Origin: a virus
Lineage: Duplodnaviria > Caudoviricetes
IMG/VR virus record: IMGVR_UViG_2880505610_000001
Location: 1-64,000 of that record
Strand: one strand, 5' to 3'
DNA: 64,000 bases
Both the position numbers and the translations under genes were made by a program. The notes under the pieces are model-generated. The model did no database searches. It saw only the letters and a list, made by a program, of their open reading frames with translations, and was not told the DNA's origin. Below are positions 9,427 through 18,395 of this stretch, piece after piece; position 1 is the stretch's first letter; each line of letters begins with the position of its first letter.

Positions 9427-9455
9427 AGGCTAAATCTAGCCCCCCTAGACGTCAA
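9427..9455 (-). promoter_or_regulatory. hicAB promoter with operator
   Basis: TTGACG-17bp-TAGCCT on minus strand; spacer holds TCTAG-N5-CTAGA inverted repeat. Confidence 0.65.
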
Positions 9456-9597
9456 CCTGCGACTCGGGCAAATCCCCTCTGAGCAGGCATAACACCGCGA
9501 ATATTTACCGCGCTGCTACGCCCAGCATGCCAACAATCAACACTCCGTAGTGGCGGTGGCCGCATCCGGCAACCACCCCGCCTACGCCCGGCCCCGG

Positions 9598-9777
9598 CTA
9601 CCGGCGCCGCTTCTTCAGCAGGACGGTCACCCACCGCTCGCCCGCCGGCGCGATCCCAACCGCCTCCCACCCGTCCTTCCCCAGTTCGTAGAGCTCCTCC
9701 GGCTCCCCGGCCTGCGCGCCGGTCTCCACGAAGCGGTACATCCACTGCGGCTCATCGGCATCTACTGAGGTCGTCAT
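9598..9777 (-). CDS. small DUF4177-like protein
   Basis: QWMYRFV...LYELGKDGWEAV...VLLKK. Confidence 0.6.
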   Translation of the reverse strand: MTTSVDADEPQWMYRFVETGAQAGEPEELYELGKDGWEAVGIAPAGERWVTVLLKKRRR

Positions 9778-9887
9778 AGCTGGACCGTAAGCACCCGCGC
9801 AGCCCACGAAGGGGGCTTCGCAGGGCGGACTGGCCCGCGGGTAAGGCGCTCCACCCGGCCCCGCCACGCCCGGCGCCCAGACCTCCC

Positions 9888-10459
9888 GAACCCTTCTCGT
9901 AAGGGTTAGCCGAACCCCCTCAGCAACCCCGTCTGGAGCCCTCACCAGCTCGGCAGCGCAGCACCGACCACGGCACTGAACGGCTCGGCACACCCCTCGA
10001 CCAGGTTCGACTCCGCCCACCGCCTCCGGGATGCCGCGGCAGGCGCGTCGACCAAAGCCCGCACGCCGGAACGTCCTCGCAGGTCAGGGCGCTTTCTAAG
10101 GGTTCCGCTAACCCTTAGCTGAACCCTTCCGGGAACCCCTCCCGGAACCCGGTCCGCAACCCTGATCGGCACCCCCGCAGAACCCTCGCCGCGGCAGGAG
10201 CCGGCCACGAAACGCCAGCCAGCAGCGGCACGACGCCTCCGCCTCCAACACGGCCGCGCCGGCCCGGCCAGCGACCGCCCGACGCCGACCCGGCCGCCGA
10301 GCATCCGTGCAGGTCAGCGCACGTGGAGGTAGGTGCGTGGGAGGGTTGGTGGAAGGGTTACCGGAACCCTTCCGCTAGGGGTTGCCGGAACCCTTCGCCC
10401 GACCCTTCCCAGGGGAAAGGGGAACGTATAGGTAGTTGTTAACGTCTCCCCTTTCCCCT
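9888..10459. repeat. 12-bp-periodic AACCCTT/AAGGGTT array, candidate origin or centromere
   Basis: Three clusters (about 9888-9931, 10098-10187, 10341-10407) then inverted repeat AGGGGAAAGGGGA/TCCCCTTTCCCCT around an AT-richer core. Confidence 0.75.
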
Positions 10460-10600
10460 GATCCCCTTACCCCGGAGCCCCATCGCGCGCGGGCCCGCGC
10501 GCAGCCACGCGCACACGCGAGGCTCGACCGCAAACACGGGCGGAGTCGATCGTCGACGATGGCCGTAGACGACCCCAGAATCGATCACGAGCGACGAAGA

Positions 10601-10633
10601 CCCGTGACCCTAGTACGCACCTAGGGTCACGGG
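10601..10633. terminator. hairpin
   Basis: CCCGTGACCCTAG-7nt-CTAGGGTCACGGG perfect 13-bp stem. Confidence 0.6.
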
Positions 10634-10880
10634 CCTTCATTGCGGCACAGGCGAAATCAGAGCTTCAGGACGTGGGTGAGGCCTCCGAGGCACACGTGGC
10701 CTCCCCTGGCACGGCCGCTACCAGCCACGAGCCCGCCGCGAAGCCCAACCACGCAGCGGTCCCCCACGAGCCACCCAACTCGCCCTCCCCCGCCACGCCA
10801 CGGTGCGCCGGCCGTCAACCCCGTTGCCGCAACCGGCAACCACCGGGCGTCGAAGCAGGCGCTCGGGCACGCTCATTCTC

Positions 10881-11261
10881 GTGACGAGACCCGCTCCCCT
10901 CGCAGCCCTGGCCGCCGTCGTACTCACCACCACCGCGTGCTCGTACGCCGACTACAACGAACGCATCGGCTACCTCCGCAAGGTCGCCGGCCGCGGGGTC
11001 GAAACGCACAATCTCCTCGCCAGCCAGGGCACCAAGGTCGATGCAAGGCGCTGCAACGCCGCATACGACGCTCTGGCCGATAAAGATCTTCCAAATGACG
11101 TAGCTGGAACTCAAACTGCTAAATGGGAGGCCCAGGTTCGCCAGTTCTTCGTTGACTCCTGTGTAACCGGCCTCCCAAAGCCCGTACCGGGCCAGCCCAC
11201 CCCCTCCAAGCCCCAGCCGACCACGCCCACCCCATCACCAACCTCCGAACGTACGAGGTGA
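10881..11261 (+). CDS. putative lipoprotein
   Basis: Signal peptide with lipobox-like TTAC; Pro/Thr-rich tail. Confidence 0.7.
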   Translation: MTRPAPLAALAAVVLTTTACSYADYNERIGYLRKVAGRGVETHNLLASQGTKVDARRCNAAYDALADKDLPNDVAGTQTAKWEAQVRQFFVDSCVTGLPKPVPGQPTPSKPQPTTPTPSPTSERTR

Positions 11262-11481
11262 GAATGCCCTCCGAAAAAGTCGACGCAGCCGTCTACGAAG
11301 TCGCGGTTCGCCGTCCTCGCTGCTTCACCTAACAACCCGCCCGACAACCTTGACCCGGCCGTATACGCCCAACTGGCCAACGCGTGGGCCATCGTCGCCC
11401 TCGCCCAAGCCATCACTGCCAACGCCGACCGGAACTCAGCAAATTGAGACCTGAACAAGCCCCTTCTGAAAGGCTCTCCCT

Positions 11482-11688
11482 GTGGCGATGACCGGCCCCG
11501 AACACTACGCAGAGGCTGAGCGGCTTCTCGACAAGGTCAACCGCAACAAGAACGACCCCGCGAACACCAACCGGCTTCACCGGGCGCAAGTCCATGCCGC
11601 CCTCGCCCTCGTTACCGCCACCGTCCAGGCTGGCCAACTCAGCTCCAAGAACCTCCGAGACTGGGAGATGCGTGGACTCAAGACCTAA
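11482..11688 (+). CDS. hypothetical actinophage-type protein
   Basis: MTGPEHYAEAERLL...AQVHAALAL. Confidence 0.7.
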   Translation: MAMTGPEHYAEAERLLDKVNRNKNDPANTNRLHRAQVHAALALVTATVQAGQLSSKNLRDWEMRGLKT

Positions 11689-11709
11689 CCGCAGGACACC
11701 GCCAGCGGA

Positions 11710-12324
11710 TCACCACACGTTGTTCTCGGGGCTGTAATAGCTCACCTTGACCCGCCGCTCCCAGTGGCCGTCGCCCCCCAGGGAGTCCCCGTTGGGCCGG
11801 CCACACCCACAACTCCACACCTGCTGGTGGCCAGAGCCCTCAACTGGCGGCCAAAACTTGAAGATGATCTCCACGAGGCGCGGCCTCACCTGGCCGGGCG
11901 CCCACGCCTCGATTACGAACTCCATCGCCTCATTCAGCGGCGTGATACTAGAGAGCGCCAGCTCGGTCAGGGACTCCCCGGCACAGCCAAAGGCACGCAC
12001 TCTGTACTGCCGATCCAGTGTGATCGAGCCATAGAGGGCGCCCCCGTTCACATCCCTCTTGAACGCGGCATCGATCGCACTAGGCAGGTTGGGAGCAAGC
12101 TCCTCATGGCGGTACTCCTTCTCCTCGGCACGCCGATCAGCCTCAATCTCACGTAGGTGCCGCGCCTCGGCTGCGGACTCCCCGGCGTGAAGCGCAGAAC
12201 GACCAGCATGGTGAGCTGAACGCTTCGCATACCGAACTGCAACTGTGGCCACCACCAGACTGCCAATGCCAGTAGCAGCGCCCACGCCGCCTATGACCAA
12301 AGCACCCCACTCAGCGCCATTCAT
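11710..12324 (-). CDS. membrane-anchored hypothetical protein
   Basis: N-terminal TM helix and SA..A stalk; ATGA-coupled to rep. Confidence 0.7.
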   Translation of the reverse strand: MNGAEWGALVIGGVGAATGIGSLVVATVAVRYAKRSAHHAGRSALHAGESAAEARHLREIEADRRAEEKEYRHEELAPNLPSAIDAAFKRDVNGGALYGSITLDRQYRVRAFGCAGESLTELALSSITPLNEAMEFVIEAWAPGQVRPRLVEIIFKFWPPVEGSGHQQVWSCGCGRPNGDSLGGDGHWERRVKVSYYSPENNVW

Positions 12325-13112
12325 GCCGCCTCCCGCATCTTCCTGATCCTGTTGATGACCGCTTTCGGTTCCGCCCCATCGGCGAGCATGGCATCCGTTG
12401 TTGACGCCTCTACGGGATCGAGTCCCCCAACGCTCTCGTTGATGAAGTCGTAGGCGGCGAAGCTGCTCGCGGCGCGCGAGCTTGCTCGTGCGCCCGCGCT
12501 CGGACGCGCGGCGTGGTGTTGAGAAGGCTTGGTGGTTGAGGCTTGGTGGTACTGCTCTACGGACCGGTGGTCGGGATCCGTCTGACCGGTGGTCGGAGTC
12601 CGTTTGGCCGGTGGTCGGAGCGGTGTGGCTCCGTCGCGAGGTGCGCCTCGGGGCGGCCCGAACTGCTCCTGCGCCTCAGCACAGTGGATGCACGAGGGCT
12701 CGAACTTGCCTCGCTGGTCGTGCCAGCGGACATGGTTGGCCATACCACCGCGTCCGCGTCCCGTCCGGCGGCTGTCGGGCTTGCTCTCGAGCCGGACTCG
12801 TGCCTCAAGGTCTGCGGGTATCGCCAGGTCGTACGCGTCGGCGAAGTTTCGTTTTGCCGCGGTGGAACCCTTGAGCGTCCGAACGATGAGGCCGATCTCT
12901 CGGAGTTGCTCCAGGCAACGGCGGACCGTCCGCTCGCTGAGCTCGGTCTCATGAACCAGTCGCCGAAGGCCGGGATGGGCGTTAGTGCCATTGCTGTTGG
13001 CGTGGTGGCTGAGCCAGGCAGCGACGCTCTTGGTTGCTGCGCCAAGCCGGCACTCGGCAACCTTCCGCTCCCACTCGAACTTGAACCCTCGATCTTCTGG
13101 GGCCTTGCCCAC
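12321..13112 (-). CDS. HTH replication initiator-like protein
   Basis: AHPGLRRLVHETELSERTVRRCLEQLREIGLI winged HTH; NHVRWH...CIHC motif; internal iterons; AGGAGG before GTG. Confidence 0.75.
   Translation of the reverse strand: MGKAPEDRGFKFEWERKVAECRLGAATKSVAAWLSHHANSNGTNAHPGLRRLVHETELSERTVRRCLEQLREIGLIVRTLKGSTAAKRNFADAYDLAIPADLEARVRLESKPDSRRTGRGRGGMANHVRWHDQRGKFEPSCIHCAEAQEQFGPPRGAPRDGATPLRPPAKRTPTTGQTDPDHRSVEQYHQASTTKPSQHHAARPSAGARASSRAASSFAAYDFINESVGGLDPVEASTTDAMLADGAEPKAVINRIRKMREAA
12562..12620. repeat. 22-bp-period iterons inside rep gene
   Basis: GRCCGGTGGTCGG at 12562, 12584, 12606. Confidence 0.75.
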
Positions 13113-13351
13113 AGGACGCCTCCTGGCCTCGCATTGCGAACGGAGACCGGCGCCACACCGTGGAAGTCCTACCGTAGGACTCAACAACTTGCTACAGTCA
13201 TCACCAGCTACAGGGTGACTGCGCGGTGGTGCAGATCTCCGACTTCAGACAAGTCCCGGCCCTCCACGGCTGGGACTTTGTCGTTTCTCACGCTAATGCA
13301 AAGCGCCTTCAAAGGCCGACCCGACACACCGTTTTTCGGCCGCACATATCA

Positions 13352-13405
13352 CGTGCAACGGGCACACTAAATGCGCAACGCTCATTCCTGGCGTGCAACG
13401 TGCAC
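13352..13405. promoter_or_regulatory. 20-bp-period operator array upstream of rep
   Basis: CGTGCAACGGGCAC, TGCGCAACGCTCAT, CGTGCAACGTGCAC; GCAACG at 13355, 13375, 13395. Confidence 0.6.
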
Positions 13406-13458
13406 ACCAGCCGAGCCAGCCTGGCCGCCTCCCCCTGCCAGCGCTTATGCATTTAAGA

Positions 13459-14100
13459 TCACGTCCGAAGCTCGGTCAGTCCATAGGACTGGGCGAAGCG
13501 GTCCCACCACACGCGCGGCGGCAACTGCTGGGCCAACGCCGCAAGGCGCCTCCCCGTCTCAGTGCTCACCGAGTCCACCATTGTGGTGATCCACGGCTCG
13601 ACCTGCGTGTTGCCGGCTGCCTCGTACTCTCGCGCCTGGAGCAGGCACTCGAGCTTGTCAGCGTCCCTGCTGCATTTAGCCTCTAGTGTGGCCGCAGGGG
13701 TCTTCGCCGACTCGTGCTCCTGGACGAGAGCCACGATGTGCTGGGCCAGAACACCCGGAAGCCCTGCGACCTGGTCCTCCGCCACGGCCAACGGGTCGGC
13801 GCTCGTTACGTACCGCTTGCCAACAGACGCAATGTCGCTGGTCCTGGTCTCCGGCAGGTCATGGAACAGCCCGAGCGTGGCCGCCCGGTCAGGGTTCCCG
13901 CCCTCTTGGACCGCGATCACGTAGGCCAAGACGCCCACACGAAAACTGTGCTCGGCTACAGACTCCGGGCTTGCGACGCCTGCGAGTTGCCATCCTGCCC
14001 GCGGGAGCCGCTTTAGGAAGCCGGCCTCGTAGGCGAACGCGACGATCGCCTGGGCTCCTTCTATGGATGCCCCGTCTTTCTCCGCACCGGTCTGTGTCAC
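13459..14100 (-). CDS. HD-domain hydrolase (YfbR/HDDC2-like 5'-deoxynucleotidase family)
   Basis: LKRLPRAGW...ESVAEHSFR...FHDLPETRTSDI...DADKLE. Confidence 0.9.
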   Translation of the reverse strand: MTQTGAEKDGASIEGAQAIVAFAYEAGFLKRLPRAGWQLAGVASPESVAEHSFRVGVLAYVIAVQEGGNPDRAATLGLFHDLPETRTSDIASVGKRYVTSADPLAVAEDQVAGLPGVLAQHIVALVQEHESAKTPAATLEAKCSRDADKLECLLQAREYEAAGNTQVEPWITTMVDSVSTETGRRLAALAQQLPPRVWWDRFAQSYGLTELRT

Positions 14101-14309
14101 GGCAGGTCGTGGTCGCCGTTCTTAACTGCTGTGGTGAACTGGATCCACTCACTTGCCTTGAAGGCAAGGATCGGGCCGCCTCGGTCGTAGGTGTCCCGAA
14201 CGCCAGCGGTGTCCTCGAGGAAAGCCACCTCGACGCAGCCGATATCACCGCTCTTGTCCGACTTTCGGAAAGTAGCGTTCCTAAGAAGCTCGACGGTGCG
14301 GACGTCCAT
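14097..14309 (-). CDS. DUF397 (BldB-like) protein
   Basis: FRKSDKS...CVEVA...VRDT...W..F...VKNG. Confidence 0.9.
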   Translation of the reverse strand: MDVRTVELLRNATFRKSDKSGDIGCVEVAFLEDTAGVRDTYDRGGPILAFKASEWIQFTTAVKNGDHDLP

Positions 14310-14862
14310 GGCCTAGTTCCTCCGTTGATTCTTTGATCTGGGCGAGGTAGGTGTTCAGTGGGGTGGCCGCAGCCATCGCCGTGTCCCTTGCTCGGCAGCT
14401 GTGCTCCACGATGTCGGGCTCGTCGGTGACATCCACGCTGAGCCAGTTGCCGTCGGCGTCATAGTCCATGACCGCCACACGGGCGGAGTCCAGCAGCCAG
14501 TAGTCCTTCGCGGGTAGGTCCAGGCCGGCAGCGGCGTGACGTGGCAGGATTCGTACGTCCTCGCCCGCCTCGACATTGGCCGGATACACGCAGGTGATCT
14601 CAAAAGCCGCATAGTCGGTCAAGGGCTCAGTGACGACGTGGACGCGGGCCATGGTCCGCCCCTCTGCAAGGACTGATTCAACGAAGGCCTTCCATGGCTC
14701 CCGCCATGTCGCGTCGGGCTGGCGGCCGGAGAGGAAGATCCGGAACGGCTCAACCTCATTGGATGCCACGTAGTGGTCGAACTGCTCGAGCCGGTAGGCC
14801 GACTGCGCGAAGGCGCCACGGAACCGCGCTGCGAACTCGTCAGGAGAGAGACGTGCCATCAC
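14281..14862 (-). CDS. DUF6879 family protein
   Basis: SAYRLE...Y...RVHVVTEPLTDY..FE...N...GEDVRIL...DYWLLD. Confidence 0.85.
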   Translation of the reverse strand: MMARLSPDEFAARFRGAFAQSAYRLEQFDHYVASNEVEPFRIFLSGRQPDATWREPWKAFVESVLAEGRTMARVHVVTEPLTDYAAFEITCVYPANVEAGEDVRILPRHAAAGLDLPAKDYWLLDSARVAVMDYDADGNWLSVDVTDEPDIVEHSCRARDTAMAAATPLNTYLAQIKESTEELGHGRPHRRAS

Positions 14863-14932
14863 TGTGCCTTCAGAGAGCGTGGGGACTCCTGCAACGCTAG
14901 CCCGTCCGGCAACCTGGGGGAAGACTCTTTAC

Positions 14933-14944
14933 GCGACTAGTCGC
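14933..14944. promoter_or_regulatory. GACTAGTC operator
   Basis: Palindrome GCGACTAGTCGC between divergent DUF6879 and XRE genes. Confidence 0.65.
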
Positions 14945-15013
14945 CTCAAGTCTGGGAAGCCGAGACTTACCCCACTAGCATGGCCGGAACCCCACGGAAG
15001 GTCACGACACCCG

Positions 15014-15859
15014 ATGAGCGCACAGCCCAGGAGACGCCGCCAAGAGCTCGGCGCCGAGCTCAGGAAGCTCCGCAAGAGCACCGGCATGAACAGCACAGCC
15101 TTCGGCGCCTCCTGCGGCTGGTCCCAGTCCAAGGTGTCCAAGTCCGAGCGTGGCGCCACACTCCTCTCCCCCGAGGACGTGAAGGTCTGGGCCAACAAGG
15201 CCGGGGCCGACCGTGCCACAGTCGACCGCCTTGTAGCTCTGGCCGTGGAGCTCAGCTCGGAGGATCTCAACTGGTCCCCCGAACAGGGGAAGCTATCCGA
15301 ACGCAACGCCTACATTGGCGAGGTGGAGCGCGAAAGCGCCGGCCTCCACAACTTCCAACCCTCCGCCATCTCCGGGCTGCTTCAGACCGCGGACTACGCG
15401 CGCCGAGTAATGACTCTTCTGGACGTGGGCGATGAGCACGATGTCGCTGCAGCCGTCGCGAAGCGGATGGACAGACAGACGGTTCTATACGACGCCAGCA
15501 AGACTCTAGAGTTCCTGCTCACAGAGGGAGCCCTGCGCTGGCGGCCGGGCCCACCTGCCCTGATGCTGCCCCAGTTGGACCGACTGCTCTCTTTGGCAAC
15601 GCTCCCTAACGTGACGATCGGCGTTCTCCCCTTCGACCGACAAGCCACAACCCTCTACCTCAACGGCTTCACGATCTTTGACCACCCCGAGGACCCGTTC
15701 GTCCTGGTCGAGACCTACCACGGTGAGCGGCGGTTCCGCGACGAGGACAAGCTCGCCCAGTACCGGGCAGCGTTCAGTCGGCTGAGGGAGTCGGCAGCCA
15801 CCGGAACTGAGGCCACCGCGCTGATCAGGCGGATCATGGACGAGACTCCGCGCGACTAG
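15014..15859 (+). CDS. XRE HTH + DUF5753 (WhiJ/Scr1-like) regulator
   Basis: LGAELRKLR...WSQSKVSKSERG; GLLQTADYAR; R..RQ..L; E.ALR. Confidence 0.92.
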   Translation: MSAQPRRRRQELGAELRKLRKSTGMNSTAFGASCGWSQSKVSKSERGATLLSPEDVKVWANKAGADRATVDRLVALAVELSSEDLNWSPEQGKLSERNAYIGEVERESAGLHNFQPSAISGLLQTADYARRVMTLLDVGDEHDVAAAVAKRMDRQTVLYDASKTLEFLLTEGALRWRPGPPALMLPQLDRLLSLATLPNVTIGVLPFDRQATTLYLNGFTIFDHPEDPFVLVETYHGERRFRDEDKLAQYRAAFSRLRESAATGTEATALIRRIMDETPRD

Positions 15860-15872
15860 TCTCTACCTCTCA

Positions 15873-15905
15873 AAGCCCCACGCCGGGACTGGCGTGGGGC
15901 TTCTT
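15873..15905 (+). terminator. intrinsic terminator
   Basis: AAGCCCCACGCC...GGCGTGGGGCTT followed by CTT. Confidence 0.75.
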
Positions 15906-15933
15906 CATGTTCACCTGGGATTTCGCCAACACC

Positions 15934-15969
15934 TTGACGCTGAAGACTAGTCGCGACTAGTCTTCAGCG
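15934..15969 (+). promoter_or_regulatory. transfer-operon promoter with 32-bp palindromic operator
   Basis: TTGACG(15934)-18bp-TAGTCT(15958); perfect palindrome CGCTGAAGACTAGTCGCGACTAGTCTTCAGCG 15938-15969. Confidence 0.8.
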
Positions 15970-15970
15970 C

Positions 15971-16282
15971 ATGCAGCGCATTGAGAGCCGTGTGACGCCT
16001 CTGGCGTCCAGGAGCCGCCAGGCGGTTGAGGCGGCAGGAGGTCAGCAGACGCACGACCTCATGCCGATCAAGTCCGCGGCGGCCCGACTCAACGTCAGCG
16101 AGGCCACCATCCGCCGCGCCTTCGACGCTGGCGACTTCCCTGGCCTGCAGATCGGCCGGAGTTACCGCGTTTCCCGCCCGTTCGTTGAGGCGCTTCTCGA
16201 CGAGGTGCGAGCTGGCCGTCGAGTGGTGTTCGAGGAGTTTGCCGCCGCGTGGTTGGCCAGGGCCAACAGAGGCGCGGCGTGA
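15971..16282 (+). CDS. excisionase-like HTH_17 DNA-binding protein
   Basis: LMPIKSAAARLNVSEATIRR...GDFPGLQIGRSYRV. Confidence 0.85.
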   Translation: MQRIESRVTPLASRSRQAVEAAGGQQTHDLMPIKSAAARLNVSEATIRRAFDAGDFPGLQIGRSYRVSRPFVEALLDEVRAGRRVVFEEFAAAWLARANRGAA

Positions 16283-16566
16283 CCACCTACCGAGAGGACG
16301 CCCGAATGGACACGACCCGCGCGCTCTTCCAGAGCCTGGCCGCCGAGACCGCTGCCCGCAGCACGCAACTGGCGGAGCTGGGCATCGGCCGTTTCGTGGC
16401 AGGCGACCCCCGCCACGGGCTGCCCGCCATCACCGTCACCGTCGAGGAGGCCGCGACTGTGATCGCCGACAACACCACCCGCGCCGCGATCGAGCACGTA
16501 GCCCGAGAGGGCCGGAAGAACGGCGTGTTCCTGTCCGTCGCGAACGCCAGCCGGGTGCGGGCGTGA
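16279..16566 (+). CDS. hypothetical protein
   Basis: GTGA-coupled; VAREGRKNGVFL resembles an FtsK-ATPase segment. Confidence 0.6.
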   Translation: MTTYREDARMDTTRALFQSLAAETAARSTQLAELGIGRFVAGDPRHGLPAITVTVEEAATVIADNTTRAAIEHVAREGRKNGVFLSVANASRVRA

Positions 16567-16754
16567 ACTACCGGGACGACGAGCCGGTCACCCAGCCCGT
16601 GACCGCGCCGGTCCGGAAGGACAAGCCGGCGCCGGAGACCGCGGAGGAACGGGCCCAGAGGATCGCGCAGCAGCTCGGCGCCTACTGGGGACGCTCGTGC
16701 GTCGCCGCCTGGCGGACGGTCTTCCCTCCCGGCTGGACGCGCCGGCCCCGATGA
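16563..16754 (+). CDS. hypothetical protein
   Basis: GTGA-coupled short ORF. Confidence 0.5.
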   Translation: MNYRDDEPVTQPVTAPVRKDKPAPETAEERAQRIAQQLGAYWGRSCVAAWRTVFPPGWTRRPR

Positions 16755-16889
16755 GCCGCCTCCGCCGTCCCGCGCCCTCATCCCCGTTGCGGGCCGGCGG
16801 AGGCCCAGAACAGCAAAAGACCCCGCCCGGTGGTGGTGCACCGGAGCGGGGCCAACGGAACCGCCTACCAGATCAACGAGAGAGGTCCC

Positions 16890-17033
16890 ATGAGCACGCT
16901 ACCCGCTCCGCCGCCCCACAGCGAGACCTGGCCCAACGGCGAGAAGCCCGCCCACTACCCCGACGACAAGACGCCTCGCCCCGGGTGCCGCGCCGCCTAC
17001 GACCAGCAGCAGAAGGGAGGCGACCGGAAATGA
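16890..17033 (+). CDS. hypothetical protein
   Basis: GAGG RBS; ATGA overlap with next gene. Confidence 0.5.
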   Translation: MSTLPAPPPHSETWPNGEKPAHYPDDKTPRPGCRAAYDQQQKGGDRK

Positions 17034-17401
17034 CCACGACCGTTGAGACGCGTGACCCGATGAGCCGCCTCCTGGCGCTCGCATCCACCGCCGTCGTCCC
17101 CTGGGCGCTGGTGACCGCGCTGCAGTCCCCCGACCCCTGCGTCGCCCAGCACACGGTCGAGGGCACCCCCGCGACCGTGACCGTCGGCGCCGGCGCGCTC
17201 GAGCCGCGCGCGGTCATCGACGCCTGGATGGCGCTCCGCGCCGTCCGCCAGCAGATCGCCGCGCTCGACCCCACGGTCCCCTACATGACGCGGCTGGACC
17301 TGCCAACCCCGATCCACCAGGTCAAGTTCGACCACGGCGGCGTGACCGTCACCGTCGGCTCCCTCACCGCAGGCACCGAAGGAAACGGAGCGGTGGCATG
17401 A
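17030..17401 (+). CDS. hypothetical protein
   Basis: GGAGG RBS; coupled on both sides. Confidence 0.65.
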   Translation: MTTTVETRDPMSRLLALASTAVVPWALVTALQSPDPCVAQHTVEGTPATVTVGAGALEPRAVIDAWMALRAVRQQIAALDPTVPYMTRLDLPTPIHQVKFDHGGVTVTVGSLTAGTEGNGAVA

Positions 17402-17664
17402 CCGCCCCCACTTCCCGAACCCGCATCAGCGGCCTGTCGACTCGCCCGCCAGCCGTGTGCCCGGTCCACCCCGAGCACGAGCTCGAAGGCGGCCCGATCC
17501 GATACCGGTGCCCGCTCGGGCACTCACTGGCAGCGGCCGACATCGACCACGAACTCCCGCCGCCGAGCGCCACCAGCAGACTCGCCGACCAGATCGCCGC
17601 CACCACCGACATGAACGCCGTCAAGGCCAGCCTCCACGCACGGATGCGGGGTGACCACCGGTGA
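17398..17664 (+). CDS. hypothetical protein, possible Zn ribbon
   Basis: CPVH...YRCPLGH. Confidence 0.65.
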   Translation: MTAPTSRTRISGLSTRPPAVCPVHPEHELEGGPIRYRCPLGHSLAAADIDHELPPPSATSRLADQIAATTDMNAVKASLHARMRGDHR

Positions 17665-18041
17665 AAACCTTCACCCTCCTCGTCGACATCGCCCGTTCCG
17701 GCGGACCGGCGAGGAAGATCACCTACCTGGCCGGTGACTACGTGATCCTCCTCGACTGGATCTGCGCCTACGACTGCACGGCCAACTCGAACACCTTCAC
17801 TGGCGACCTGTCTGGTGACCCCAAGGCACCGACCCTGGACCTGCAGATGTCCACGCGCCGCCGCGGACACCGCTTCCGCATCCGGGCCCAGTTCCACTAC
17901 CTCCCGTCCTGCGGATTCGTCCTCACGACCGCCACAGTCCAGAACGCGGCCAAGCACAACGGCACCCGCCGCACAGTCACCTCGATGCTCGACCTGGTCA
18001 ACATCATCCAGCGAGGCGAGTCCGAATGGGGAAGGTCCTGA
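17661..18041 (+). CDS. hypothetical protein
   Basis: GTGA-coupled. Confidence 0.6.
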   Translation: MKTFTLLVDIARSGGPARKITYLAGDYVILLDWICAYDCTANSNTFTGDLSGDPKAPTLDLQMSTRRRGHRFRIRAQFHYLPSCGFVLTTATVQNAAKHNGTRRTVTSMLDLVNIIQRGESEWGRS

Positions 18042-18292
18042 TGAACGCCTGGCGCCGCCTCATCTGCCGCAACCTCGGCCGGCACGCCTGGAAGCACCAG
18101 GCCGCCGAGACCGCCATCACCGGCCGCGTCTGCGGTCCCTGGATCTACTGCACCGGATGCGGGATCACCCGCAAGCTCCAGGCCGAGCCGCCGTTCGAAC
18201 ACCCCGACTCGATGACCGCCGAACTTCCCGCGGAGCAGGAGGAGTGGCTGGCCTCTGTCGACGCCGTGCTGTGGCCCCGCGAGGCGGTGTGA
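18041..18292 (+). CDS. hypothetical protein, Cys/His motif
   Basis: LICRNLGRHAW...CTGCG; TGATG overlap. Confidence 0.6.
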   Translation: MNAWRRLICRNLGRHAWKHQAAETAITGRVCGPWIYCTGCGITRKLQAEPPFEHPDSMTAELPAEQEEWLASVDAVLWPREAV

Positions 18293-18395
18293 ACGCTCCG
18301 TCAGACACAGCGGCCGAAGCCACCCCGTAAAACCCAAGCCACCGCCCGACACCCGGACCCCCTCCGGACGTCAACTGCCCTACTAGGAGCCCACG

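Noticed and set aside
9888-10407. Telomere-like TTAGGG repeats or CRISPR array
   Set aside because: Units are 12-bp periodic, degenerate, in both orientations; no long repeats with unique spacers and no cas genes
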